Origin: Peribolospora baueri
Lineage: Eukaryota
Direction of reading: 5' to 3'
Length of the DNA: 64,000 nt
Assembly: GCA_029717555.1 (NCBI GenBank)
Contig: JAMDHS010000099.1
Span: 1-64,000, forward strand
Shown: one piece after another, positions 37,146 to 50,194 of the stretch
How positions within the stretch are numbered: the first letter of the stretch is position 1
How the letters are laid out: the number at the start of each line of letters is the position of its first letter
Program-made: the position numbers and the translations under genes
The notes under the pieces: model-generated
The model's input: the letters and a program-made list of their open reading frames with translations, nothing else
What the model was told of the DNA's origin: nothing
The model's database searches: none

Positions 37146-40100
37146 TCACGAACTTCCGTTCACCTTCAGAGAACACGGAGAGGAGAAAACGCATTTCAGT
37201 GGACCGAGCAAGAGGACGACAGCAGCAAAGGACGGCTAACGAACCTTGTCCTTCAGCATCCCAGTGAATTGATGATAGCTTGGAGATTGCTCAAAGCGGT
37301 CTTCTATGAGGGCGCTGAGGGCCCAAAGGCGCAGCGACGGCTCTGCGTCCTCCTTGACAATGTACAGATGCGGCCAGTACACGCCCCGACGCAGTTCGCG
37401 GACCTTTGCGATGATAGCATTCACCCGTTGCGAGAAGGAATTGTCCAACGTGGGCAAAGTGGCCTGGCGGATTGTCGAAGACAAAGAAAAACATGAGAGA
37501 TCCATCGTGACAGAAAGAAGCAACCTTGAACAACTCACTTTACCGCCTCGGAGAGCGCCGTAGTCGGGCAGATCGAAGACGTCCCGAATAAGCTGAGGTA
37601 CAGCCTGGTGGCCGACCCAAAGGAAGACGGTCTGACCGTCCTCAATCAAGTAAAGACCGTGGCGCTCTAGACGCTCGCTAGTAAGGTTCAGGGGCGAAGG
37701 GAGGATCACGCCGTGCTCGCCAACAGTTCCAGCCTGTCAAGGATCAGTAGCAAATACTTGTAAGCGTTCGTGCTCGAGCGTCCGGGGCAAGAATGGGCCC
37801 GGCCACTCGCCTCTGCCGCCATATTATGAAGGGAGTAGAACGTCGGGTGGATGTAAGGGACCAAGAGTTGACAGGGAAGCGTGGTCAAGAGCGCCTGTGC
37901 ATACGCTCGGAGATCGGGACTAATCTGCGCGCTTTGACGGATGCCAACCTGAAAGAGCAGAGCAGGGGACGGTCACGTCTCATGGTCAGATCAGGCTCCC
38001 CTGGTCAAATAGTACATCGCAGCAGACGCTCACATGCTTCAACAGGCCGAGAACGAGGAGAGGAAGAAGCTTCATGTTGTCAGAGATGGCAAGTTGCGGG
38101 CTGGCCCCGGAGCCGGCGGAAGTCATGGTCGACTTGTAAGTGCTGAAAATGTCCACAAGCTTGTTCATCAGTGCATCCCGGGCATCTTCGAGCTTGGAGT
38201 GAATGGAGCGCTCGACGGCCTTGTTAGCGAGGAGGGTAGCGATGGCGACTTGGTCGGCCGAAGCATAAACTTCCGAAAGACTCGTGGTCGTAGGCAAGGC
38301 GAGGTTGACGACCCTAATCCTGCGTTCACCTGTGGAAGCAAGCCTTTTTTAACAACCCATCATACCCACACCCTGCAGCCGATGCGCTTGCTTACCCGAA
38401 GACGTGGAGTGTAGGACGACGCTCTGGAAGACGACGAAGGGTGCATTTAGGGTCTCTTCGATCTCTACTTCGATGGCGTATGACTGGTCCAGGGGCACGG
38501 CAGGCAAGGCCAATAGGTCGGTGGAGCGAACGAAAAAGTTGCCGTGGAATGCGGACGCTCGAAGACCTATGGACGGAAGAAAAGTGATTACGGAAGCGCG
38601 GAATGGTCACTTAAACGGTCGCTTCGCAGTCAACTGCACACGAGGGGAAATCGATAGGAGTAGCCTACCTCTAGTAGCTCGGAGACGAAGAACAGCCTCG
38701 TAAGAGATAGGCTGCGCGAGAACCTCGCCAAACTCGTGTGCAAACTTGAGCGCATCCTCGGACCGAGTCGCATTGAAGGCGGGATAGAAGTACGTTTGCC
38801 CGCCGGTGTATCTCGGCAAGCAGCTGAGAGTGGCGACGTCGGTGTAGTACGAGCTGAAGAGGAACATGTCGACAGAAACCTGAGAGCGAGAACAGTCGAT
38901 GGGGAAAGTCTTGTAGAAAGACGATGCAGCTTGAAGGAGGGTCGATTCCTGAAGTAGCAGGGGGGGAGGGAATTAAGTTTCGTGTCCATCCCTGAGCGAG
39001 CCATCTTGTCCAAAAGAGACTTCGCCACTAACTTTCGGGGTCCCCAACAGCTTGGCTTGCTCCCTGTTCTTGAGGGCACCAGGTCCAACGCTTGGCAAGG
39101 TCGACGTAAGGCAAATGATCTTGCCTCCAATGGGTGCCTGCGCCGGAGAGCACAGCACAGCATTTAGCATGCTATCGACACGAACCGCCTCGAACGAACG
39201 AATACGCAAGACTGGATCCAAATACGCCCGACTCACGATGAGCTTGTGAGCCGCTTGTAGAGCGGACCCCATAGCCGAGCCGACAGTGTGGGTGTCCTTG
39301 AACATGTCATTGAGACGACCAAGTAGGCTCTCAATCCCCTGTCTCTTCTCCGTCAAGTTCACAAGCAGATCGTTGGGCTTGGGCAAAAAGACGTCGTCGA
39401 GATCGGAAACGACGAGCATTTCGGGCTCCGTCGAATCGGGCTGAGAAAGGAAAACGTGCAATTCAGAGGAACGTCGAAAAAGGTTGATGGTTCATCGCGA
39501 AACAACTTACACCGATGCAGAAAAAGTTCAAGCACGTGTCCACGGCGATGAGCGTAATCTTGGTACGATCATCTTGATTCGGGATCCTGTCGAGCGTTTC
39601 GAGGATGGTGCGGGCGGCAGTAGCAACCATTCCTAGAAGAAGAGGATAGCGGAGATCGGTCAGGGTCGTGTCCGGCGGTCAGCACAGAAGAAGCCAACCT
39701 CGTCCTTCTTACCTGTCGTGACGGCATGATAAGAGACGTCGATAAGGAATACGAACACCGGCGGTTGCGGAGGCCGGACCTGCAAGAGAGACGATGGGGG
39801 AAACGTGTCGCAAAAAATGTAGGCAAGGCCGAAGGCATGTATGGGAGGGCTATTGAGGGCAGGAAGGACGAGAGGCTACTGATTGAGGGCAGGAAGGACA
39901 AGAGGCTACTGACCATGTACTCCCTCGGAGCGATAAACTCGACAACGGAATGGTTAAGCTCAGGCCTGTCCCACCTGTTGGCTGGCTGGTTCTGCTCCTG
40001 ATCCCAGTCAAAGAGTTGCGGGACCTCGTTGGAGATATTGCACATGCAACACTTCCACCGGTTTCCGCCGTCAATAAAGGTGACATAGGGGTTGATGTAC

Positions 40101-41575
40101 GTCCTGCAGCGGCGACAGCGTGCGATCACGCAGTCGGTGACCAAAGGAACTTCCTCCTGTAGCAGACGAGGCAAGACATGTGATCTGTAATGAGCCGATC
40201 GCTGTCAGACTCGACGGGACGACACAATGCATACACGCACATCACCATCGCTCTCACGAGTGCTTCGCATGGGAGACAGGATCAGTGCGAGGGGTATTTT
40301 TGATTTGTTGAGAAGCGATGACGTCGTGGGAATGGCGTTCAGCGTCGAACGCTGGTACGAAGGGTCAGCATTGGCTTTGGGGTGGGTTGAAATGCAAGCC
40401 TATAGAGGGAGAAGGAAGGGACGGATTCGGTCAGATCTCGACGCCCCACGGACGGATGCGGCCCAAACTTAAATACTTGCGTTGGGAGGCAAGATAATGT
40501 CCGGCGGCGGCTTTGACAGGTCCATGATGTTCGGCTGCTGTCCGGCAATATTAACCGTGTGCAAAGGATTCTGTGGCGGGAAAGGATAGGGCAGACGGTC
40601 GGTACACATCACGCCGCGAAAAACAGAGCGTCCAAGCTTCGCGTGAACAACTAACGCGTTGCGCGATAGGTGCGGTCGACCGGCTAGAAAGGAAAGCCGA
40701 GCCATGTACCCGGCGAGAGAGCAAATACGCACCATTTTGTGGCCCATCTGCTGCGCACCGCCCACGCTCATCCCGCCGAACTGGCTAGTCAGTCCGGCGA
40801 CTCCGCCTGGCTGACTCGGGTATACGGGCGGCGGCCCGTTCGGCGGAGCACCGGCGGGTGAGAAAACAGGAGGAGGACCGGGGGCCGTTCCTGGGCGATC
40901 CCTATCTGTGGCTCCAGGCGTAAAGTATTGACCCTGATCGTAGCCGGCCTGGGCGCCGCCGTATTGATCATAGGCAGGAGGGGCATTGTAAGTGCTGGCG
41001 GCCAGCTCAGCGGTCGGGTAGTGGCGCTTCGTCGACCTTCCAGGAGCACCGACGGGGGGAGGAGGGGAGGTCGGAATTCCGGGAGCCGTCCCGCCGCTGG
41101 GCGCACCCTGAGGATTCGGCGTCAAGGACCGTGGCGGGGGGGGGGAGGTGGGGGCAGCGCCGGGCCCGCCGGCAGCGTGAGGCGGCGGAAGGGGGGGCAT
41201 CGACATTCGGTTCGACCGGGGGCCGGGCGGGGGAGGGGGAGGCTGCCAAGTGGTGCGGCCAGTGGCCGTCTCTACCAAAAGCGGAGCCGCCATGCGGAAT
41301 ACGTAGGTCAGCGAGCGTTGGAAAGGGGGCAGGAAAGAGGAGGGCAATAGCGACATGGACTCGGAGCGGCGAGACAAGGAGGAAGAACGAGCTCACCGAC
41401 AAAGACATGGCGACCGGCGCTCTCATCCCTGAATCGGACAGCGAACGAATGAACCCATGACATCAGATCAGCAAGGCCGTCCGAGCGGTGAGGACGAGGA
41501 GACGCCGAGGAAGGCCGATCACGCTGGCACCCACCATTGAGCAGTCCAACCGGGCGGGAGCTGGGGCGCCGCCAT
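37146..41575 (-). CDS. SEC24: COPII coat subunit Sec24 with an N-terminal WW domain, multi-exon
   Basis: Zn finger [12 protein letters not shown]...[25 protein letters not shown], v[47 protein letters not shown] and gelsolin-like [16 protein letters not shown]. Ends KDK|VNGSS*. Confidence 0.96.
39852..39912. repeat. 30-bp tandem duplication at the start of a SEC24 intron
   Basis: attgagggcaggaaggac(g/a)agaggctactg occurs twice in tandem. Confidence 0.85.
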
Positions 41576-42154
41576 GAGAGGAGTAAGGGTGTGCTGGATG
41601 TGGGAAGCGAGAAGGATATGAGGGCGGCTGGGAGCGTGGAAGGAGGTGTGAAGGAGACGGACGGCAGGCTGGAAGGAGACGGAGACGGAGAGGGTGCGCG
41701 CGGATGATGCGCTGGAAGGCGGATATCGGGGGTTGCGGCTGACGTGTGGCAAGTATATACGTGTACGGGTATTGTGGATTGCATACAGGAAGTATATTGG
41801 TATGTACATACAGTAGTACACGCCTCCGCGCGTGCCGAACTCGTCCCTCGCTCCCTTGTCTGTCGTCTGTCTGCCGTCTACTCAGTGTCGAGTCGTCGTC
41901 GCCCTCGCCACCGCTCAACCAACGTCAACGCAATCGTCGTTGCCTCTCTTCCTCCATCTCTTCTCTTTCCCGGCTTCGTCTTGCGCTCGTACGCTCGCAC
42001 CCCGCACGCCCGCACGCTCACACGACGCCCTCACGCCCTCACGCCCTCACGCCCTCCGCTATCGCCCCGTCTCCATTCACCCCCGCTGCCTTCCCCTCCG
42101 CAAGCCCGACTCCCCAGGCTGTCCTCTGTGGTGGCGTAGTCGGCAGCGAATCCA

Positions 42155-45071
42155 ATGGATCATCGCGACAGTTCCGACTCGCCTTCCATGGGCGCCTCGC
42201 CCAACCGCTCCTCCTTTCTCGGCATCAACTTCCGCCGCTCTCGAACGGTCGTCAACAGGGACGGCGCCGTTCCCGCCGCCAACGCCGTAGCGTCGTCGTC
42301 GCCCGCGCAGATCGCCGAGGGGTTCAACCCACCACGCGCCTCTGGTGTGCACTTGCCCATCAGCAACTCGACATCTAACGTCGACGTCGCCACCGCTATG
42401 GACTCGCTTGACACCGGCGTCTCCAACCAGGCCGAGCGAATGAATGCTCCGCGAGCGTCGGCGCCCTTCTCTTCGTTTCGACGCCCCGCCACTGCCAACG
42501 CAGACGTGCTCCTCAACACCCGGCACCACACCTCTTCCACCGCCCTCGCTTCGTCTGCCCCCTCGGACGACCTCTCGGTCACCCTCCCCACCTCGGGTCC
42601 CAGCCTGCAGTCTCGTCTCTTTCGGCGTTCTTCTCAGGGACCGTCCTCCCGCTCGCGCACGTCCCATGGTGTCGACACCGCTGGCGATCGTGAACGGCAC
42701 GTCGGCAGAGCGGAGAGGCGAGCTTCGTCCAGACACCGCTCTGCACGGGCGGCCAGCACGCCCCCGAATCACCCTCCCAACCTCCAGCGTGCAGGCGCGG
42801 CCCCAGCAGAGTCGTCGTCTACCGGAGGGGTAGAGAGATCGGCGCCGGACGGTCCGGAGGAGGCGAGGTCTTCTCCCGTACCGAGTGCTGACGGCCAGCA
42901 ACGCCCCGCGACGGGAGCAGAGGAGGAAGCTTCGCATCCATCTTATCGCATCCGGTTGGTGCCGCACCTGGAGGCCACTCGGTCCCTTCACTTTGAGCCC
43001 ATCGAGCGAGAGGTCCGGGAAAGCGGTCCAGCAATCAAGATCGGGCGCTTCACGGACCGATCCGCCGCAGCCGGCGCTCCTGCCGGAGGACCGCCGGCGT
43101 CTCGATCCGGACCGAACGCAGACACGAGTGCAGGTGGCTCTGCTGCAGCTCGTGGCCAGGGGCTTTCTGCCGACGCCTCGCATCTCATTGGCACCGGCGC
43201 AACCAGCTCGGCTGGCGGGGGCGGTAGTTTGGATTCGGGTCGAATAGCTTTCAAGAGCAAGGTCGTCAGCCGTGGTCATGCGGAGATGTGGTGCGAGACG
43301 GGAGGAAAGGTAAGTGTTTTTGATCGGGACGCCGCCGTCGTCCGCTCGGTCATTCAGGCTGTCTTTACCAGTGAGCGTCTAATACTTCGCTTTCCTATCC
43401 TGTCCGACAGTTTTTCATACGTGATACGAAGTCTTCTTCCGGCACATTCTTGAATCACATTCGGTTGTCACCCCCTGGTGTCGAGTCTCGTGCCTTCGCC
43501 ATCAAAGATGGTGACGTAGTTCAGCTTGGAGTGGATTATCAGGGAGGCACGGAGGAGATTTACCGTTGCGTCAAGATGCGTGTCGAGCTCAATCGCGAGT
43601 GGCAGAGGGCCGCGAACCAGTTCAAGTGCGTGTTGTTGTCGCGGATCCGGCTCGTTATTATCTTTCCGGTCTGCTGCTGGCCCTCACGCGCGTCAGTTCA
43701 CTCATTCGAATTCTCCGTCCACAGTATGAATGCTCTTCGACAGCTGCGGGCCCTTGGAGGCGTGACAACCGCTTTAGCACCGTCGGCAGCAGCTTCTGCT
43801 CCCAAATCGAAACCAGACGGCGGCCTCAGTAACAAGCAGGCGGCGACTGTGACGGACTGCTGTATCTGTGAGCAGATTTTTGTGGCAATGACGAGAGTAC
43901 CGGTCAGACCAGACGCCTGATTTTGTTTCCATCCATGTCTCCAGGTCTCTTCCCCGTCACCGTCTGTCAAGCGCTTTTCATAGCACCATGCTCGCACGTC
44001 TTCCATTTCAAATGCATCCGTCCCCTTCTCATTCTCCACCATCCAGGTTTTTCCTGTCCTCTGTGTAGGACGTTTGCCGACTTGGAGGCAGACGTGGAGC
44101 AGGATGAGGGCTGGCAAGAGCTGTTGGCCAAGGAGGCTGAGTTGGAGGCTGCAGGCGAACGAGCGGCCGCGTCGACGCCGCCGGGCGATGGCGGCGACGC
44201 TCAGCATGCTCAGAGCTTGTCTCAGGGGATTGCAGATGTCGCAGGCTCAATTGGTTCTAGTTTGCCAACGTCTGAGAACGAGTCGGGTTCGCGGCCTTCG
44301 ATGGCGGGCTCCAGTGCTCGGCCTCTGGAGGCGGCCGGATCCGCTGTGGAGGCTACACCATCTCCTGCTTCGCCACCCCGCTCCTCGATGCCTTCGCATG
44401 TCAATTGGACGCCACGTCACATCAATTCGTCGGCGGATTGGTCGGACAGGCCGCCTACAGCTGTGGCCGCCACTCCACTCCACGGGAACGTCACCCATTC
44501 GTCGACGGACGTGGTCGAGGAAGCTGGCAACGAAGGGTTCCCTCCCGCCGGAGGGGGGCCAGGTGACGAGCCAAGTACGTCGGAGAGGGCGGAAGGACCG
44601 GACAGGACGTCCGTCGACGTCCATGGCTCGTCCCTATCATCGCCTGTGCCGGTCGCCGTTCCGCGCGCAAGTTCTTCCATCAACTCTGCGTCCCTTGCGG
44701 ATGCCAACACCCCTTCCAATAACACCTTTTTCAGCGTGCTGGCGGAGACGTCTTTGCGCCCTTCTGCACTCCCCGCTCAAGTATCCCCTGTGGCGGAAGG
44801 AGTGTTGTCGAGCGCGGATGCAGCACAGGAGGGCGACGGCATGTCGCGTGACAACTCGGACCCGTCGGAGAGGGACCAAGGCCAGTCCAGCAGCGACTCT
44901 GCCTCTGGCAGCCTTCCAAGAATCCATCAAGACCAGCTCGGAGACCAGCTTGAGAGGGATGTGGTTTTGGACGCCGAATACGACGATGAAGAAGCACCAG
45001 GCACGAGCTCAGGTGGCGGGGGCGGAGCGGCTTCGAAGTTGAAGAGGTTGACGAAGAGGATGCAGTCATGA
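42155..45071 (+). CDS. DMA1: FHA-RING E3 ubiquitin ligase (Dma1/Chfr-like), multi-exon
   Basis: FHA motifs IKIGRFTD, IAFKSKVVSRGHAE, DTKSSSGTFLNHIRLS and GDVVQLGVDYQGG. RING-H2 motifs DCCIC|L...QALFIAPCSHVFHFKCIRPLL...FSCPLCR. Confidence 0.92.
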
Positions 45072-45625
45072 AGTTCGGACGTGTTTCTTATTCCCGTTTT
45101 AATGTCCTGTATCGTTAGACTTTTTCCCGAGCGGCATTCCATACCCTTCCCCCTTCCATTTGTCGTTGCTTCTCTTCCCCTTCGATGCAATAATGGATGG
45201 CAATCCTCATTCATGTCTCCCTGGCCGTGCGTGCTCATGAGGTGCATACAATATTTATCATACAACGACGATCCATTGTTGGTTAGCCTGCAAACAAATG
45301 AGACAAGAGCCAAATGATCAGTCTCCTCGCCCTGAGATAATCGCAAGCAAGGGTGCGGATGGGCTCAGGTAGTCAAATGTATTCATTCGGCCACGCTCGG
45401 TTGGGAGCGGGGCCGTGACATTAGAGGTTACCAGAAAAGAAATTTAAAAAAAGCATCATAGCCGAGATGAGAAAAGAGGTTCGTGGAGAAGCTTTTGCGA
45501 CTCACCGTGAGAAAGCGTGCTTGCCGTGCGAGGTAGCACGCGGGTAGTTAGAGAGAAAGAGAAGCAGAGAAGATGAGGAAGAGGACACCAGCGCGGACGT
45601 TACCATTTGAGCGCGGCACATGTGG

Positions 45626-45700
45626 TCACGTGGACGCTTACGAAGTAGGGTTAGTGAGTGAAGAACTTGGCAGTACCACGACTTCCTGCTGCGGCCCTAA
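45626..45700. promoter_or_regulatory. E-box (TCACGTG) plus telomere-like TAGGGTTAG/CCCTAA motifs upstream of RPS3
   Basis: TCACGTG 45626-45632, TAGGGTTAG 45646-45654 and GCCCTAA 45694-45700, all 100-180 bp upstream of the ATG. Confidence 0.4.
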
Positions 45701-45801
45701 TCCCGCACAGGACAGGACGATCGCGAAGTCCTAAGCGGAGCCAGCAACGCTCATTCGACGTTCTTGAGCTCAAATCTTCAAGAAAAAGCCCACCGACCAA
45801 C

Positions 45802-47060
45802 ATGGCTACCAACATTTCCAAGAAGAGAAAGGTGCGTGGTGTGTGTGTGGCCTGGGCGTCATGGAGATAAGAGAAGACGACAGACATAGGCGTGCAGGTG
45901 GTGGGTGGGTGATTCATGTGCCACTTCTGTTCTGTAGCTCACTCGCCCGTCCTGTCCCCTCTGAATCCAGTTCGTCGCTGACGGTGTCTTCTTCGCCGAG
46001 CTCAACGAGTTCTTCACTCGGTGGGTGAAGATATTTCCGTACCATCAAGGAAACCGTGCAACGATATCTTTCACTTTTACTTGATCAGTGCATCTTTGAC
46101 CTGACGCTCGTACGACTTGCTCCTACCCCCCACAGCGAGCTCGTGGAGGAGGGCTACTCCGGCTGTGAGGTCCGTGTGACGCACACTCGCACGGAGATCA
46201 TCATCCGCGCCACCCACACCCAGGAGGTTCTCGGCGAGAAGGGTCGTCGCATTCGCGAGCTCACTTCGCTCGTCCAGAAGCGCTTCAAGTTCCCCGAGAA
46301 CTCGCTCGAGCTCTACGCCGAGAAGGTGCAGAACCGCGGTCTCCACGCCGTCGCTCAGTGCGAGTCCCTCAAGAACAAGCTCCTTGGTGGTCTTGCAGTT
46401 CGCAGGTGCGTTATCTGATTTCCGCCGTAGATTTAGCTTTTGGCGCTTGAACGCTCACTATTCATGCATTTCTTACCTATGCTCTTACCTATGCTTTTCC
46501 TCTTTCCCCGCTTTCGCAGGGCTTGCTACGGTGTTCTCCGCTTCATTATGGAGTCCGGCGCCAAGGGCTGCGAGGTTGTCGTTTCTGGCAAGCTCCGCGC
46601 TGCTCGTGCCAAGTCGATGAAGTTCACCGACGGTTTCATGATCCACTCCGGTCAGCCCGCTCGTGACTTCGTGGACACTGCCGTCCGCCACGTCCTGATG
46701 AAGCAGGGTGTGTTGGGCATTAAGGTCAAGATCATGCACGGCTGGGACCCCGAAGGCAAGGCTGGCAAGCCTTTCCCGGTAAGTGACTATTGCGACTTCT
46801 CTCATCGCTGCGAGGGTTGAATTCTTGTTCGTGAGCATGCCCACTGACTCCCTGTTGTCTTCTATCATGTGCAGCTCCCGGACGCTGTTACTATCTTGGA
46901 GCCCAAGCCGGAGGCCCCTATCTCTCAGCCCATCTCCGAGTCTCGCGAGCCCCAGGTCATCTCTCAGCCTCAGGCCGCTCCCGCTGCGGAGCACGCCGAC
47001 CAGGTTCCCGACTCGCTTGCGCCCGGCCAGCAGCCCGCTGCTCCTGCCTCCGCGTTCTGA
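45802..47060 (+). CDS. RPS3: 40S ribosomal protein uS3, multi-exon
   Basis: [41 protein letters not shown]...[11 protein letters not shown]...[23 protein letters not shown]. Confidence 0.98.
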
Positions 47061-47584
47061 GTGTATTGTAGTGCTTTCGCGAGGACTTCTCTAGCATTTT
47101 ATGACCAGTCCCGGAGTCTTGTGACGACAGTCTTGCGAATGCTTTTCGTCCGAACGTGGGCACAGATCTGCACAAGCGCAAGCCCGGTTCTTTGGGCCAG
47201 GCCAAGGCGTGTGGCGACAACGCCGAAAGAGAATTTCAACAGTCAATTGCGCAGCCTTAGAAGATGCGGCGGTGACTGGACAAGCATCACCGGGTCGACG
47301 ACCCCGTCATCGAAGGTTGTAGCGTGAATATTAGGAATGAAAGAAAGCTGCTCCAAGGCACGTTGAAACGCACGTGACCAGCTCGTTTGCGCGCTTCCGA
47401 TTTTGTTTTCCCTTTGCCCACACTGGGGACATCTTTCTCTTACGCCGATCCCACCACCGACGACCTGCGACGACCGTCACGATCACGACTCTCCTCTCCT
47501 TTTCTCCCCTCTCCTATCCTATCCTTTCCCTTCCATCCTTTCTCCGTCTCGCTTCTCTTATCTACCCTTTTTCCCCCGGCCGCG

Positions 47585-50194
47585 ATGGCCAGCGAATCGA
47601 TGTACGCCCCGTCTTCGGGCCTTTCCGCGCAAAACGGTCACGAGGCTGGCCTGGGAGAAGATGGCGCCGTACCCCCCAACCTCCACTTGAAGAAGAAGCT
47701 TCTTTATATCTCGGGAATTCTGCAATCGACTACCGACAAGGAGCTCGCAAATGTGTTTGAGAAATGCCTTCCCGTCAGGTGAGACCGCATGGAGCACTTT
47801 GAGCGTGAAGACCTTCGTGTATGATGCGAACGCTCATGGCCATTACGTTCATATAGGCTCAATATCAAGCGCGATGGCAATGACAGCGCCCAAACGACGG
47901 GGACGGTGGAGTTTCAAGATTTTCCGAAAGGTAGGTGGTCTCTACTGTTCTGACGGTCGCTTCACCATACCTCCGTTCTGCTGAGCTCATTCGTATGTCA
48001 CCCCCTGACCGGCAGCTGAAAAGGCGTACGCTACCCTTCGCCCGGTTCCTTTGGCACTGTCGATGAATGAATCGGGAGAGGACCCCAAGCCCGCGGCGCG
48101 GCCTCGTCTAGTCAAACAACTGCCGCCCATCGACGACGCCAAGCTCTTCGATCTTTTCAGACCGTTCGGCCCATTGGCGAGCGCAAGATGCATTCTCACG
48201 AATCCGCTAGGACAGTACACAGGGTTCAGAGGCATGGCGGTAATCGAGTATTGGGACGAGGAGAATGCTCAAGACGCGGAGAGGGAAATGGTAGGTAGCT
48301 TTGTCTGGCCATTTTTTTTATCCTGACCCTCACCTCTTCTGTTTAACATCGCCTGTGGTTCGTCATCCTCTCTGCAGCATTGTGCCGATGTTGATGGGAA
48401 GACAATGTGAGCTGCGCTTCTGTGCTCTTTCTTCTTTTCTCCCTTCCTTTCCCTGTCTGATTATTTCTCTCCTCTACGCTTTGCGTGCAATCCAGAGCTA
48501 TCAGCATCTACCAGCCCAGACGGCCAAGCGGACAGGAGTTTTCCCCTTCCGCCACTCCGTTTGTGCCTGGCGGCATGGTGAGTAGTCATGCGCCACCAAA
48601 AGGATGTCTTTATTCTTTCGGCTTACAACTCCCATGCGTGCTTCCCTTTTCAGAATGCCAACGCACCGCCCTTCTCCCCGCCGCTCGGGAGTCAAGCATC
48701 CATTCACGCCCTTCCTCCTGGTCACCCACAGCAGGGGCCAACTGTTCCGGTGCCCGGCACGAACCTGCAATATTCGCCGGCGGCGGCGACGTACGTCGAT
48801 CCGTGCAACCTTTTCTGCAAGAACCTTGATCCCAACTTGACTTCCAACGACCTCTTCGCCGCTTTCAAGTCGTTTGGGACGATCGTCTCGGCCCGCGTCA
48901 TGCGCGACAGTAACGGCAATTCGCGCGAGTTTGGTTTCGTTTCCTTCCACCAGGCCGAGCATGCTGCTCGTGCCTTGCGGGCAATGAACGGGACGTTGTT
49001 GGGGAACAGGCAGGTGACGATCCGACTTCATGAGCCGAAAAAGATGCGTCAAGAAAAACTGGCGCAGAAGTTTGGCAGTTCTTCTGACACAAACGGAGGC
49101 CGGAGTCCATCGGGGGAAGAGGCCAATAGTTCCGAGTGCTCTTCGCCGTCTGGTACTCCGCCTCCCGGCTCCACCAAGTCTAGCCGGAGAGCCTCCAACA
49201 CGTACTTCAAGTCGGCCGTGGTGAACAGCAGCGAGAGCGTTCCAGATGCGGAGTATTTGTCGGCCACTCCGGCGGTGCAGAAGGAAGCCATGGGTCGACA
49301 GCTCTCCTCTGACGCTTCGTCCATTGCCCCTTCCGTGGCTGGCTCTGGGTCTGAGCGGGATCGGCTCCATGCAGCTGTAGCGCGCGAGGCTCCGGGCTCG
49401 CAAGTTGAGGAAATCACTGAGCTCTTGGTCTCGCTTCCGAAGCGAGAGCGGGCGTTGTGCCTGTTCAACCCGGAGGTTTTGCGCGCGAAGATTGCCGAGG
49501 CGAGGGAGGTTCTGGAGATCACGGGCGAGGACGATGAACGCGCTTCTGTACCTCCACCGAGTGTCAAAGCCGTCAAGGCCGAGCCCAAGGCCGAGCCCTC
49601 TTCCTCTCCCAGTGCTCCATCGGAGCGGCCGCCCTCGCCCGGCGCTTCTCAACCGCATACTCTTTCCTCTCTGGCTAAGCTACCGGCCGCGGAGATCATC
49701 AAGTTGGCCTCCCGTCCTCAACCCACGTCGGGACCGGGACTGCCTCTGCCCAAAGCCGACCCCGCAGTCGTGCGCGAGACAGACGCGTTCGTCGACTCGC
49801 TCGAGGGCAAGCCACCTCACGAGCAAAAGCAGAAGTTGGGCGAGAAGCTTTTCAAGGTTGTCAAGGTGAGTTTCGCCTGCGGTGGTGGGTCGTAGTGAGC
49901 TCCTTTTCTGACGCAGGCTTCTTCGTGTATATCCGAACCTTCTTCATGTCCAGTCTTTCGGCGTCAAGCCAGCGGTGAGTTCTTCCAAGTTTGTGGATTT
50001 TGGCTTGAAGCCCATATCTCACAGTTATTCCCTCACCGGCGCCCTCTTCGCTCGTTTTCACCCTCTCGTTGCATTTACAGCCCAAGATCACCATCTCTCT
50101 CCTCGATAGCGAGGATCTTCGCGCCCTTGCGCATCTGATGAACGAGTACCCGGAAGCCCTCAAGGAAAAGGTCTTGCTCGGCCTGCAGAAGTGA
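47585..50194 (+). CDS. rrm4: Rrm4-like mRNA transport protein (3 RRM plus C-terminal MLLE/PABC domains), multi-exon
   Basis: RRM1 LLYISGI, RRM2 PRLVKQLPP..LFDLFRPFGPLASARC and RRM3 DPCNLFCKNLD...IVSARVMRD...SREFGFVSF. MLLE-like ITELLVSLPKRERALCLFN and QKQKLGEKLFKVVK|SFGVKPA|PKITISLLDSEDLRALAHLM. Confidence 0.85.
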
